From an uncultured Pseudomonadota bacterium (lineage in GTDB: Bacteria; Pseudomonadota; Alphaproteobacteria; Rs-D84): a stretch of DNA of 64,000 nucleotides. Shown here one piece after another: positions 8,966 to 18,445 of this stretch. The translations under genes and the position numbers were made by a program. The notes beneath the pieces are model-generated. The model did no database searches. It had not been told where the DNA came from and saw only the letters and a list, made by a program, of their open reading frames with translations. The first letter of the stretch is position 1. Each line of letters begins with the position of its first letter. The DNA lies in contig CASETE010000013.1 of assembly GCA_949290785.1 (NCBI GenBank), forward strand, positions 72,361-136,360. Reading direction: 5' to 3'.

Positions 8966-10858
8966 ATGGGAAAAGTATTAGGTATTGACTTAGGTACAAC
9001 AAATTCTGCCATGGCGTTTATGGATGGCAGCGAACCGAAAATCATTGAAAATTCAGAAGGACAAAGAACTACGCCTTCTGTTGTCGCTTTAACTGCAAAC
9101 GGTGAACAGTTGGTCGGCATCACCGCAAAAAACCAAGCAGTTACAAATCCAGAGAATACTATATATGAAATTAAACGATTAATGGGGCTGCGTTATGATA
9201 GTCCTGCGGTAAAAGAAATTGCCGCGCGCGTTCCTTATAAAATCGTTGCAGGCGATAACGGTGACGCCTGGGTTGAAATGGAGGGCAAAAAATATGCGCC
9301 TTCGCAAATATCTGCGATGATTTTAGCAAAATTAAAGAAAGATGCAGAAGCATACTTGGGTGAAAAAATAACAGATGCAGTCATTACTGTTCCTGCATAT
9401 TTTAATGATTCGCAACGTCAGGCCACAAAAGATGCAGGGCGCATTGCTGGGTTGAATGTATTGCGCATAGTTAATGAACCTACGGCTGCCGCGTTGGCGT
9501 ATGGTTTGGATAAAGATAAAAACGGAACAATCGCTGTTTATGACCTTGGTGGCGGTACGTTTGATATTTCTATACTGGAAATCGTTGACGGCGTTTTTGA
9601 AGTTAAATCAACAAACGGTGATACGGCACTGGGCGGTTCAGACTTTGACGCACGTATATTAAAACATTTAATTGATGAATTCAAAGCGCAAACAGGCATA
9701 GATTTGTCTAATGATAAACTTGCTTTACAACGTTTGAAAGAAGCGGCAGAAAAAGCAAAAATAGAATTGTCGTCAAAAACGTCTGCTGACATTAATTTGC
9801 CTTTCTTGACGGCTGATGCGTCGGGTCCAAAGCACTTTAATACGACGCTTACAAGGGCGAAGTTAGAAGCGTTGGTAGATGACCTAATCCAAAAAACGAT
9901 TGAACCTTGCCGCAAGGCTTTAAAAGACGCTGGGTTGGATAAATCACAAATTAACGAAGTTATTTTGGTCGGCGGTCAGACGCGTATGCCGAAAGTGGTT
10001 GAAACCGTAAAAGAATTCTTTGGACGCGAACCACACAAAGGCGTCAATCCTGATGAAGTTGTTGCATTAGGTGCTGCAATCCAAGGCGGCGTATTAAAAG
10101 GCGATGTAAAAGATGTTCTGTTGTTGGATGTTACGCCACTGTCTTTGGGAATTGAAACTTTGGGCGGTGTGTTTACGCGATTGATTGACCGTAACACAAC
10201 CATACCTACTAAAAAGTCCCAAGTATTTAGTACGGCCGAGGATAATCAGTCTGCTGTAACCATTCGTGTGTTCCAAGGTGAACGCGATATGGCGGCCGAC
10301 AATAAATTACTGGGTCAGTTTAACTTAGAAGGTATTGCCCCTGCACCGCGCGGTATGCCACAGATAGAGGTTTCCTTTGACATTGACGCCAATGGTATCG
10401 TGCATGTGTCTGCAAAAGATAAAGGCACAGGTAAAGAACAAGCGATTTCTATTAAATCTGATGGCGGTTTGTCAGAAGAAGAAATTAAACGCATGGTTGA
10501 CGAAGCCGCGGCAAACGCAGATGCAGATAAGAAAAAGCGCGAATTGGCAGAGGCTAAAAACAACGCAGAAACCGCAATATTCAGCATTGAAAAATCTTTG
10601 AAAGAACATGGCGATAAAATCAGTGAAGATGAAAAGAAAGCCATTGAAGACGCAAAGAAAGAATTGGCTGATGAATTGGCTAAATCTGATGTCACCGCAG
10701 AGTCTTTGAAAAACAAGACAGAAGCCTTGGCAGAAAAAGCAATGAAATTGGGCGAAGCCGTATACAAAGCTTCCCAAGAATCTGCTGCGACACAAAACAG
10801 TGATAATCAATCAAAAGATGATGGTGCGCGTGATGCGGACTTCTCTGAAAAGAAGTAA
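8966..10858 (+). CDS. dnaK: molecular chaperone DnaK (Hsp70)
   Basis: [22 protein letters not shown], and full-length Hsp70 with an acidic tail. ATG 8966 is preferred over the track's GTG 8957 because of GAAGGAG at 8951-8957. Confidence 0.97.
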   Translation: MGKVLGIDLGTTNSAMAFMDGSEPKIIENSEGQRTTPSVVALTANGEQLVGITAKNQAVTNPENTIYEIKRLMGLRYDSPAVKEIAARVPYKIVAGDNGDAWVEMEGKKYAPSQISAMILAKLKKDAEAYLGEKITDAVITVPAYFNDSQRQATKDAGRIAGLNVLRIVNEPTAAALAYGLDKDKNGTIAVYDLGGGTFDISILEIVDGVFEVKSTNGDTALGGSDFDARILKHLIDEFKAQTGIDLSNDKLALQRLKEAAEKAKIELSSKTSADINLPFLTADASGPKHFNTTLTRAKLEALVDDLIQKTIEPCRKALKDAGLDKSQINEVILVGGQTRMPKVVETVKEFFGREPHKGVNPDEVVALGAAIQGGVLKGDVKDVLLLDVTPLSLGIETLGGVFTRLIDRNTTIPTKKSQVFSTAEDNQSAVTIRVFQGERDMAADNKLLGQFNLEGIAPAPRGMPQIEVSFDIDANGIVHVSAKDKGTGKEQAISIKSDGGLSEEEIKRMVDEAAANADADKKKRELAEAKNNAETAIFSIEKSLKEHGDKISEDEKKAIEDAKKELADELAKSDVTAESLKNKTEALAEKAMKLGEAVYKASQESAATQNSDNQSKDDGARDADFSEKK

Positions 10859-10886
10859 CGATAATCACTGTAAGTATTAAAATAGA

Positions 10887-10911
10887 AACCCGCGGTTAGC
10901 GGGTTTTTTTA
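10887..10911. terminator. bidirectional intrinsic terminator (dnaK / pfk)
   Basis: AACCCGC (10887-10893) / GCGGGTT (10899-10905) hairpin with flanking A- and T-runs. Confidence 0.7.
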
Positions 10912-11991
10912 TTATTTTGTTTCACCGATATATATACCAAGATTCGTCGCAATTTGTAATAATGGATCATCTGGTGATACATATGCGTCGGACGTTTTTA
11001 CATCTGGAATGTTTGGATCAGAAGTTATATCGCCTGCTTCAAAAAAGTCCTGTAAACTTATTGTTTTGCATTCACAGTCTGTTATCGCTGTCATTACATA
11101 TGTTTCGTTATTTGCAATCGCGTTTAATGCACAGTCTGCCATTCTGGTGGCTAATAACCTATCCGTTGCAACTGTGTCGCCAACGCGTTGCGTGTGCTCT
11201 GGAAATACTGCGCGGTTTGGTATGCCAGCGGCTGTTAACTTCCTGGAAATCATATCCGCAGGACGACCAGAGTGCCCCCGTAATGAGATGCCTTCGGATA
11301 CAAGAATTATACCATGGTCTTCTGGTGTCTGCTTTATGTGTTCTATTACGGAATTAACGTCAAACTTAATTTCAGGTATTAAAATTACGCGTGCGCCAAC
11401 AGCAACGCCGGAATTTAGTGCCAGTTGACCACAGTCGCGTCCCATTGTTTGTACAACAAACCATCTATGATGACTGCGAGCGGTTAACATCAACTGGTCG
11501 CAAAAAGTAGTTAGTTGCTGAACCGCAGTTTCAAAACCGATTGTTCGTTGTGTCAGCGGTATGTCCATGTCAATGGTCTTTGGAATGCAAATTAACTGCA
11601 AGCCGTCATATATGTCTTTGTTGCACCAAGCCAAAGATATGCTGCCGTTTCCGCCGATCAAAATCAAAGCGTCCAGTCGCAGTTGTTGTAATGATTTTTT
11701 TAGTTGATTATTAAATTGTTTTATTTTTCCGCGTTCAACAGCAGTTTCAAAATTTAACGCGCTTGGTCGGCCGCTGTGAAGAAAACTGCCTGCAAGACGC
11801 GCGTATTCTATTGGTAAAGTATTTTCATTAAATTCAATAAATCTTGGTGGGTTTGTTGCAAGCCCGTCTGTACCATCTTCTATTCCAATAACGCGCCAAC
11901 CGCGCATGGTGGACCCGCGATAAATTCTTTGGATGACGGTGTTCAAGCCGCTGCAATCGCCCCCAGTTGTCATAATTCCAATTTTTTTCAT
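10912..11991 (-). CDS. pfkA: 6-phosphofructokinase (phosphoryl donor not determinable by eye)
   Basis: MKKIGIMTTGGDCSGLNTVI, LILIGGNGS, PKTIDMDI, MGRDCG motifs of the PFK family. Confidence 0.85.
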   Translation of the reverse strand: MKKIGIMTTGGDCSGLNTVIQRIYRGSTMRGWRVIGIEDGTDGLATNPPRFIEFNENTLPIEYARLAGSFLHSGRPSALNFETAVERGKIKQFNNQLKKSLQQLRLDALILIGGNGSISLAWCNKDIYDGLQLICIPKTIDMDIPLTQRTIGFETAVQQLTTFCDQLMLTARSHHRWFVVQTMGRDCGQLALNSGVAVGARVILIPEIKFDVNSVIEHIKQTPEDHGIILVSEGISLRGHSGRPADMISRKLTAAGIPNRAVFPEHTQRVGDTVATDRLLATRMADCALNAIANNETYVMTAITDCECKTISLQDFFEAGDITSDPNIPDVKTSDAYVSPDDPLLQIATNLGIYIGETK

Positions 11992-12029
11992 TTTCCCCTC
12001 TATTTAAAACTAATTATAACACAAATAAG

Positions 12030-12058
12030 TTGACAAAGATATTTATTTTGTAATAATT
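12030..12058 (+). promoter_or_regulatory. candidate sigma-70 promoter
   Basis: Perfect TTGACA (12030-12035), 16-17 nt spacer, then AATAAT/ATAATT (12052-12058). Confidence 0.45.
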
Positions 12059-12102
12059 TGTCCAAAGGATCACAAAAATATAACCCGCAGGAGATTTTGA
12101 CC

Positions 12103-13239
12103 ATGGTATCAAATAGCAAGTTGAATAAAAAAGTTAAACGTTCTACAGACGATTTAATTGATGCCGCAATCGCGCAGCAAAATTCTTGGATGGAAAAGCG
12201 TCGTGCTTTCGCAAGACGATTTTTGAAAACTCTAAACATTTTTGCGCGCCCCGCTCCTAAACAAGAAGACGGCATGGATGTTAATTATAACCAACCGAAA
12301 AAAAATAAATCTGGACTTGCTGCATATTGGTTCCCTATTGCTTGTGCGTTAGTAGTCGTGTTGATTGCTTTGTGGGTTATTTTTGTTCGTTCTGATTCTG
12401 CACAGAATGTGACGTCGGAATCTTCTGTACCTGAACCTGTTGTCCCTACTGTGACAAGCGATTCTGCCCCAATGTTTGATATCGTTCGTATAGAACAGTC
12501 TGGTAATATAGTCGTTGCAGGTCGTTGGCTGGCAGATAAAAATATATCTGTTTTAATTGACGGTGAAATCGTTGCAACAGAAAGAACGGATTCTAATGGT
12601 GAATTTGTATATGCGCCAACGCGCGTGTTCGAACCCGGTAATTATACAATTTCATTGATTGGCGCAGACCCAGAGTTGAAATCAGAAGAAAACGTATTTA
12701 TTTATATATCTCCACGCGGTTATAAAAACTCTGTCTCTTTATTGATGACGGCAGACGGCAGTACCTTATTGCAAGCACCAACCGTTTTGAATGATGGCGA
12801 TTTGGTTGTTTCAAAGATAGATTATTTAGATACCGGTAGAATTGTAATAACCGGTGACGCATTGCCGCGTTTGCGCGTTTCGTTATCATTAAATGATAAG
12901 TATTTAGGCTTTGCAAAAGTGTCTGATCACAAACATTTTGGTTTGGGTGCAGATGTCGGTCAACTAGAAACAGGAAAAAACTATACTTTGACCGTTCGCT
13001 TGCATGATGGCGATGGTCGTACAATTGCGCAAGTTGGTCATACTTTTGAAATGCCGGAAATGACTGGTGATGATGATACTTATTATACTGTCAGAAAAGG
13101 TGATTGTTTATGGATTATTGCGCGTAACTTTTTACGTCGCGGGGTTTTGTTCAGCATAATAGCAGAGCGTAATAATATTGAAAACCCCGATTTAATATTC
13201 CCAGCGCAATTGCTGCAGATACCTGTTAACAAAGAATAA
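12103..13239 (+). CDS. membrane-anchored LysM domain protein
   Basis: ATG 12103 follows AGGAGA (12089-12094), and the track start 12058 would precede the predicted promoter. One TM span (YWFPIACALVVVLIALWVIFV). C-terminal LysM YYTVRKGDCLWIIARNF...NPDLIFPAQLLQIP. Confidence 0.8.
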   Translation: MVSNSKLNKKVKRSTDDLIDAAIAQQNSWMEKRRAFARRFLKTLNIFARPAPKQEDGMDVNYNQPKKNKSGLAAYWFPIACALVVVLIALWVIFVRSDSAQNVTSESSVPEPVVPTVTSDSAPMFDIVRIEQSGNIVVAGRWLADKNISVLIDGEIVATERTDSNGEFVYAPTRVFEPGNYTISLIGADPELKSEENVFIYISPRGYKNSVSLLMTADGSTLLQAPTVLNDGDLVVSKIDYLDTGRIVITGDALPRLRVSLSLNDKYLGFAKVSDHKHFGLGADVGQLETGKNYTLTVRLHDGDGRTIAQVGHTFEMPEMTGDDDTYYTVRKGDCLWIIARNFLRRGVLFSIIAERNNIENPDLIFPAQLLQIPVNKE

Positions 13240-13241
13240 CT

Positions 13242-13505
13242 ATGAATGAAAAAAGAAACAATATAAATCATTTCGCACCAGACGAAAAGAAAGACGATTT
13301 AATAGGATTATTAAAGTCGTTGGAGTCACGTGCGAATTTGTTGGGATTGTTTAGTTTGGCTGCGCAGATAGAACAACTAAAAAGAACGATTATTAAAAAC
13401 AATATGAATAAGAAGTTGATGAAGTCGTTCAAAAATAAGTATGAAACTTACAAACAGCAGTTGGAAATGTTAGAGCAGTCAAAACAAAAAGGAAAATCAA
13501 AATAA
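13242..13505 (+). CDS. small coiled-coil hypothetical protein
   Basis: 87-aa Lys/Glu-rich ORF starting 2 nt after the LysM gene and followed by a hairpin plus T-run (13511-13541). Confidence 0.4.
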   Translation: MNEKRNNINHFAPDEKKDDLIGLLKSLESRANLLGLFSLAAQIEQLKRTIIKNNMNKKLMKSFKNKYETYKQQLEMLEQSKQKGKSK

Positions 13506-13540
13506 AACAAGCGGACAATTTTTGCCCGCTTTTATTTTTT

Positions 13541-13687
13541 TGTGCGGGCGAAGGGAATGTATAATTCCCTGCCGAAATCAATCCAATCGTATAATATACT
13601 CTTGGTGATTTCGGCGGGTCCCTTTCACTGCGCGCAAATGCGCTACGTTCCGAACCCTCTGTGCCGGGTTCTATTCCGTCGCCGACA
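13541..13687 (-). pseudogene. decayed tRNA-Gly copy with a 92-nt insertion in the T-loop and no anticodon arm
   Basis: 13531-13558 repeats 13721-13749 (T-run plus tRNA-Gly 3' end) with one indel. The next tRNA 9-mer, CGAACCCTC, reappears at 13651-13659. An acceptor-5'-like GTCGGCG (minus strand) lies at 13681-13687. The insert carries a perfect 10-bp hairpin, 13571-13580 / 13606-13615. Confidence 0.5.
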
Positions 13688-13730
13688 AAGCCAAAAAACA
13701 AAAGCCAACACAAGGTTGGCTTTATTTTTT

Positions 13731-13804
13731 TGGTGCGGGCGAAGGGAATCGAACCCTCGTCTTCAGCTTGGGAAGCTGACGTGCTACCATTATACCACGC
13801 CCGC
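13731..13804 (-). tRNA. tRNA-Gly (anticodon CCC)
   Basis: Minus strand reads GCGGGCGTGGTATAATGGTAGCAC...TCAGC-TTCCCAA-GCTGA...GAGGGTTCGATTCCCTTCGCCCGCACCA. Cloverleaf fits, and CCA is encoded. Confidence 0.9.
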
Positions 13805-13933
13805 AAATAGATGGGGTGATTTTATAACCTTAGAAAGAAAAAGTCCAGTACAAAACTTCATCATTTTTTATAGTTGCTTTTTTTTCTTTTCAGTTATACC
13901 TTTGCTTATGCATATATTAAGGGAGACTAAATT

Positions 13934-15187
13934 ATGGCAAATGAAAATATGAATCCGTTACTTGGTGCCCAACAACGCGTAAAAGTGGCGTGTGATAAGT
14001 TAGGACTGGGTGCGGACGTTTATGAAATTTTGAAAACACCCCAAAGAATATTTGAGGTTAATATTCCTGTTAAAATGGACGATGGTTCTATAAAGGTCTT
14101 TACAGGATATCGCGCACAACACAATACTGCGATTGGTCCTTCAAAAGGTGGCGTTCGTTTCCATCCTGCGGTTAGCAAAGACGAAGTTGCGGCGTTGTCT
14201 ATATGGATGACGTTTAAATGTGCGGTAACCGGCATTCCTTATGGCGGTGGTAAAGGTGGTATAATCGTTGACCCAAAAACGTTGTCTCAGGGTGAATTGG
14301 AACGTTTGTGCCGCGGATATGTAGATGCTATTTACCCTATCCTGGGAGAAAAAAAGGACGTACCTGCCCCAGACGTTAATACGAACGGTCAAATTATGGC
14401 TTGGATGATTGACGAATATATCAAATTATCTGGCGAATCTTCGTTTGGTACTTTTACTGGTAAGCCAGTAGAGTTGGCAGGGTCTTTGGGACGTACAAAA
14501 GCCACAGGACTTGGTATATCCATAATCATTTCGGAATCCTTGAAAAGACAAGGTAAAGAAATGAAAGGTGCGCGTATCGCCATCCAAGGTTTTGGTAATG
14601 TAGGCAGTTTTACCGCAAAATGCAGCAGCGATATGGGCGCAAAAATAATCGCCATCGCAGAATGGAATACCATCTTGTTCAATGAAAACGGTCTGGATAT
14701 AAATGCTTTGTTGAAATTCAAAGAAGAAAATAAAGGCAGCATCAAAGGCTTCCCAGACGCAAAAGAAATTTCTGCAGAAGAATTTTGGGGATTGGACGTT
14801 GATGTATTGTCACCATGTGCAATGGAAAACACAATCAACAAAGATACCGCACCTTTAATAAAAACTAATTTAGTCGTAGAAGGTGCTAATGGACCAACAA
14901 CATTGGAAGGCGAAGAAATCTTGTTGGCCAAGGGCGTAACGGTTGTGCCGGACATCTTGGCAAACGCAGGTGGTGTAACGGTTTCTTATTTTGAATGGGT
15001 TCAAAACCGCTATGGTTATTATTGGGAAGAAAGCGAAGTAGAACAAAAAGAAGAAATCGCAATGAAAAACGCATTTGATGCTATATACAAAATCAAAGAA
15101 GAATATAATGTATCAATGCGTGAAGCAGCCTATATGCACTCTATTAAGCGCGTGACTGCGGCCATGAAATTACGTGGTTGGTGCTAA
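13934..15187 (+). CDS. gdhA: NAD(P)-dependent glutamate dehydrogenase
   Basis: KGGVRFHP, GGGKGG, GFGNVG dinucleotide fold. 417 aa. Confidence 0.92.
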   Translation: MANENMNPLLGAQQRVKVACDKLGLGADVYEILKTPQRIFEVNIPVKMDDGSIKVFTGYRAQHNTAIGPSKGGVRFHPAVSKDEVAALSIWMTFKCAVTGIPYGGGKGGIIVDPKTLSQGELERLCRGYVDAIYPILGEKKDVPAPDVNTNGQIMAWMIDEYIKLSGESSFGTFTGKPVELAGSLGRTKATGLGISIIISESLKRQGKEMKGARIAIQGFGNVGSFTAKCSSDMGAKIIAIAEWNTILFNENGLDINALLKFKEENKGSIKGFPDAKEISAEEFWGLDVDVLSPCAMENTINKDTAPLIKTNLVVEGANGPTTLEGEEILLAKGVTVVPDILANAGGVTVSYFEWVQNRYGYYWEESEVEQKEEIAMKNAFDAIYKIKEEYNVSMREAAYMHSIKRVTAAMKLRGWC

Positions 15188-15195
15188 AAAATAAA

Positions 15196-15219
15196 AACCC
15201 CGAAAAATCGGGGTTTTTT
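15196..15219 (+). terminator. intrinsic terminator after gdh
   Basis: AACCCCGA / TCGGGGTT hairpin followed by T6. Confidence 0.75.
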
Positions 15220-15221
15220 AT

Positions 15222-15250
15222 TTGACTTTTGCCGAAATTTGATTAATAAT
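15222..15250 (+). promoter_or_regulatory. candidate sigma-70 promoter of the rpsP operon
   Basis: TTGACT (15222-15227), 16-nt spacer, TAATAAT (15244-15250). This leaves a leader of about 140 nt before rpsP. Confidence 0.4.
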
Positions 15251-15395
15251 GCGTTTGCAAATCCCAAAGATTGCCATCATAATAAACCCAGTACGCGGTA
15301 TGCGTGTGGTACATCAACCGGCGAGTTTCGCTCTTGATGTGGTTTTTGTTTTGGTGCGTTTCTTTGGATAAATAACAAGTTTAAGGAGCAAAATT

Positions 15396-15845
15396 ATGGC
15401 AACAGTTATTAGATTGGCACGTTTTGGTGCAAAAAAACGTCCGTATTATCATGTCGTCGTTACAGATTCTCGTAATGCACGTAATTCCGGTAATGTTTTG
15501 GATACGGTTGGTAAATATGACCCTATGCAGCCAAAAGGTAGCGAAAAGCGCGTTGTTTTGAAATTAGATGCGGTAAAAGAATGGTTGGCAAAAGGTGCAA
15601 AACCGTCCGATCGTGTTTATAAATTCTTGGCGAATGCAGGTCTGGTTGAAAAAAGACCAATTCCTGTTCAAACAAAGAAACATTTGCAATCTGAAAAAAC
15701 GCAAATGAAAATCAAAGACAAACAGGAAAAATTGGCCAAGATAGCCGAAGAAAAAGCCGCAGCAGAAGCCGCAGCCAAGGCAGCCGCAGAGGCACCAGCC
15801 GAAGCGCCAGCTGAAGCAACGCCGGCAGAGACCGTTGCTGAATAA
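15396..15845 (+). CDS. rpsP: 30S ribosomal protein S16 with Ala/Glu/Pro-rich C-terminal extension
   Basis: MATVIRLARFGAKKRPYYHVVVTDSRNARNSG. Tail AAAEAAAKAAAEAPAEAPAEATPAE. Confidence 0.93.
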   Translation: MATVIRLARFGAKKRPYYHVVVTDSRNARNSGNVLDTVGKYDPMQPKGSEKRVVLKLDAVKEWLAKGAKPSDRVYKFLANAGLVEKRPIPVQTKKHLQSEKTQMKIKDKQEKLAKIAEEKAAAEAAAKAAAEAPAEAPAEATPAETVAE

Positions 15846-15903
15846 TTTTGCTTAATGCCCGGGCTTATTCATTCCCGGGCATTAAAAATCAAAGCGGTTA
15901 TAT

Positions 15904-16374
15904 ATGACAGAAACAAAAAAAATCTTGGTCGGTAAAATAGTGGCACCACAAGGAATTCGTGGGGAAGTTCGCGTTCAAACTTATACACAGAATCCAATGG
16001 ATTTTAAAGCATTAAAAGTACATAGTGAAAAGTTGAAAGACGGGACTTTTCGTTTTGTACGTCGGCTTAATCCTACTTCTTCGGTCGTTATTGCAAAAAT
16101 AGACGGTGTAGAAGATAGAAACGCGGCAGAACTATTGCGCGGTATAGAATTGTTTATTAATCGTGACGAATTACCAGAATTAAAAGACGGCGAATACTAT
16201 CAGGCGGATTTAATAGGTATGCGGGTTGTTCGTGGCGGTATAGTTTTAGGCGTGGTTGATAATATTCAAAACTATGGCGCCGGTGACATCTTGGAACTTG
16301 ATACCGGAGAAATGGTGTCTTTTTCAAATGTTGATGTAAAAGTCACGGAAAATATCATATATGTAAAGGATTAG
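15904..16374 (+). CDS. rimM: ribosome maturation factor RimM
   Basis: ILVGKIVAPQGIRGEVRV N-terminal motif plus a PRC-barrel C-terminal half. Conserved operon position. Confidence 0.9.
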   Translation: MTETKKILVGKIVAPQGIRGEVRVQTYTQNPMDFKALKVHSEKLKDGTFRFVRRLNPTSSVVIAKIDGVEDRNAAELLRGIELFINRDELPELKDGEYYQADLIGMRVVRGGIVLGVVDNIQNYGAGDILELDTGEMVSFSNVDVKVTENIIYVKD

Positions 16375-16376
16375 AA

Positions 16377-16679
16377 ATGTTTTTTTATAGAGAAAAAGCG
16401 CCAATTAATGTTTGTTTTTATATGCCTGAAAAAATAAAAAAGAATCAGGTAAATGTTAAATGTGTCAATAAATCTTTAAGAAATTGTCTTTCATTAAGAT
16501 ATTTGAAGAGTGTAAAATACTCGTATAATTATAACATTACGGATAAAAACGAAACACATGGTGATAAAGTGATAAACGTGACGAAGGTTCATAAGAGTAC
16601 GGATTCGTTTTTTGATGTTTTTATTATGGAAATGATAGGCGATATTTGTAGTAAATGTAAAAAATGCAGACAAAAATAA
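16377..16679 (+). CDS. hypothetical basic Cys-containing protein (coding status uncertain)
   Basis: 100-aa ORF starting 2 nt after the rimM stop. Very AT-rich compared with flanking genes. Ends CSKCKKCRQK. No recognisable family. Confidence 0.3.
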   Translation: MFFYREKAPINVCFYMPEKIKKNQVNVKCVNKSLRNCLSLRYLKSVKYSYNYNITDKNETHGDKVINVTKVHKSTDSFFDVFIMEMIGDICSKCKKCRQK

Positions 16680-16753
16680 TTTGCTTAGGTTAATTTGTCT
16701 TGGAAGTAACGAGTGTGGCGGTATAGTTTAAATTTAGAATATAAAAGTAAAAA

Positions 16754-17434
16754 ATGCATTTTAATATATTAACAATCTTTCCTGAAATGTTTCCTGGAAC
16801 GCTTGGCGGCGGAGTCGTTGGTCGTGCATTAGACAAGGGACTGTGGTCATATAATGCTGTCAATATTCGGGATTTTGCGATAAATAATTATGGCAGTGTT
16901 GACGATGAACAATTCGGCGGCGGCGTTGGCATGGTTATGCGTCCGGACGTTCTTGGTAGCGCTATTGATTCAATAAAAAAGCGCGGGCAAATAATATATT
17001 TTTCACCGCGCGGTCCAACGCTTAACCAGCAAATGGTTCGTGAATTTGCGGGGGATAAAGATGCAACGTATACTCTGCTCTGTGGGCGGTACGAAGGAAT
17101 AGACCAACGTGTCATAGACGAATATGATATAATGGAATTATCTGTCGGCGATTATATACTGTCGGGCGGTGAAGTTGCTGCGCAAGTTTTTGTTGACAGC
17201 GTGGTTCGCGTGATGGATAATGTCTTGGGCGGTGGCAACGAGGCAACCGCTAATGAAAGTTTTGAAATCGGGGGGTTGGAATGGCCGTTATATACCCGCC
17301 CGTCAGTATGGCGTGGACATAAAGTCCCAGAAGTCCTGCTGTCCGGTCATCACGGCAATATAGAAAGATGGCGGAAACAACAATCGGACGAAATAACAAA
17401 ACAACGTCGTCCGGACTTAATAAAGGAAAAGTAA
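16754..17434 (+). CDS. trmD: tRNA (guanine37-N1)-methyltransferase
   Basis: [33 protein letters not shown] motifs. Confidence 0.95.
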   Translation: MHFNILTIFPEMFPGTLGGGVVGRALDKGLWSYNAVNIRDFAINNYGSVDDEQFGGGVGMVMRPDVLGSAIDSIKKRGQIIYFSPRGPTLNQQMVREFAGDKDATYTLLCGRYEGIDQRVIDEYDIMELSVGDYILSGGEVAAQVFVDSVVRVMDNVLGGGNEATANESFEIGGLEWPLYTRPSVWRGHKVPEVLLSGHHGNIERWRKQQSDEITKQRRPDLIKEK

Positions 17435-17435
17435 A

Positions 17436-17834
17436 ATGAGCATTATTAAAAAAATAGAAGCAGCACAAATCGCAAAATTAAAAGGCGATAAAAAAATCCC
17501 AAACTTTAAGTCTGGTGATACTTTGAAAGTACACGTAAAAATTAAAGATGGTGATAAATTCCGCATTCAGGTTTTTGAAGGCGTTGTAATCGCTCGCGAT
17601 GGTGGCGAAGGAAATAATGCATCCTTTACAGTACGTCGTGAATCTTATGGCGTTGGCGTAGAACGCAAATTCCCACTGTACAGCCCAGCAATTGAAAAAA
17701 TTGAAAAGGTTCGTACAGGTAAGGTTCGCCGTGCTAAATTGTTCTTCTTGCGTGGTTTGTCAGGCAAAAAAGCACGTATCGTTGAAGATTTGTCTGCAAA
17801 CGCCGCTGAAAAGAATGCAAATGCTGATAAATAA
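17436..17834 (+). CDS. rplS: 50S ribosomal protein L19
   Basis: [51 protein letters not shown]. Confidence 0.95.
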   Translation: MSIIKKIEAAQIAKLKGDKKIPNFKSGDTLKVHVKIKDGDKFRIQVFEGVVIARDGGEGNNASFTVRRESYGVGVERKFPLYSPAIEKIEKVRTGKVRRAKLFFLRGLSGKKARIVEDLSANAAEKNANADK

Positions 17835-17856
17835 TTACTTTTATTATCAGAATAAA

Positions 17857-17879
17857 AAACCCGCTTGTGCGGGTTTTTT
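17857..17879. terminator. bidirectional intrinsic terminator
   Basis: AAACCCGC-TTGT-GCGGGTTT hairpin followed by a T-run, between rplS and the convergent PagL-like gene. Confidence 0.75.
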
Positions 17880-17880
17880 G

Positions 17881-18426
17881 TTAAAAATTTATGGTGTACC
17901 CCATGCCTATAAAATTCTGCCCAGAATTTGATTCTGTTAACGTGCCGTTTGAAAAATGTCTTATGAATATTTCAATCGCGTTTTTTTGTGAAATGTGCAA
18001 CCCGACGAAAATCTTTTGACCGAATGTAAATTTAGAACTGATTCTGTCCGTCGTTGCTGACTTTATGTATGCGCCAAGGGACGCGCCTGTATAGAATTTG
18101 TCGTTGGCGTATAATATGACGTCTTCTGATATACCAAGAATAATATGTTGGTTATATTTACTAAATGCACCTATGCCTTGGGCGGTTAGTACTTCAATGT
18201 TTTGCCTGCCGTCCAGACCGAAAAAAGTGTTCCCTTGGCTATATTGAATTTCAAAAACATATAAGTTTTCCAGTTTGTCGCGCAGGGATACGCCTGGATA
18301 CAAAGATACTTGGTGCTTTTTGTCATTAAACAGTGTATTAGTTGTTGCTTTTGATTGAAAGGTTGTAAAAATTAAGACAAATATTGATAAAACGATAATG
18401 AATAGTATGTTCCATATTTTACTCAT
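17881..18426 (-). CDS. acyloxyacyl hydrolase / PagL-like lipid A deacylase (outer-membrane beta-barrel)
   Basis: N-terminal hydrophobic signal, alternating beta-strand pattern, H-x-S-N-G motif (IRHFSNGT), C-terminal INF. Confidence 0.55.
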   Translation of the reverse strand: MSKIWNILFIIVLSIFVLIFTTFQSKATTNTLFNDKKHQVSLYPGVSLRDKLENLYVFEIQYSQGNTFFGLDGRQNIEVLTAQGIGAFSKYNQHIILGISEDVILYANDKFYTGASLGAYIKSATTDRISSKFTFGQKIFVGLHISQKNAIEIFIRHFSNGTLTESNSGQNFIGMGYTINF

Positions 18427-18445
18427 ACCGAACTCCTTCCTTGGT

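Noticed and set aside
13429-13952. Track ORFs 13429-13806 (-) and 13542-13952 (+), 125 and 136 aa
   Set aside because: They run through the tRNA-Gly gene, its decayed copy and two terminator hairpins. They have no RBS and their composition is not protein-like.
14389-14955. 188-aa ORF antisense to glutamate dehydrogenase
   Set aside because: It is a typical shadow ORF on the opposite strand of a strongly supported gene. No independent signals support it.
15700-15845. Ala/Glu/Pro-rich C-terminal extension of S16 as a gene fusion
   Set aside because: It is a low-complexity tail without any domain signature. Extended S16 proteins are known in several lineages.
15854-15883. 10-bp perfect hairpin (AATGCCCGGG...CCCGGGCATT) between rpsP and rimM as an intrinsic terminator
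   Set aside because: No T-run follows it, and the operon is expected to read through. It may be an RNA processing or stability element, but I cannot support a terminator call.
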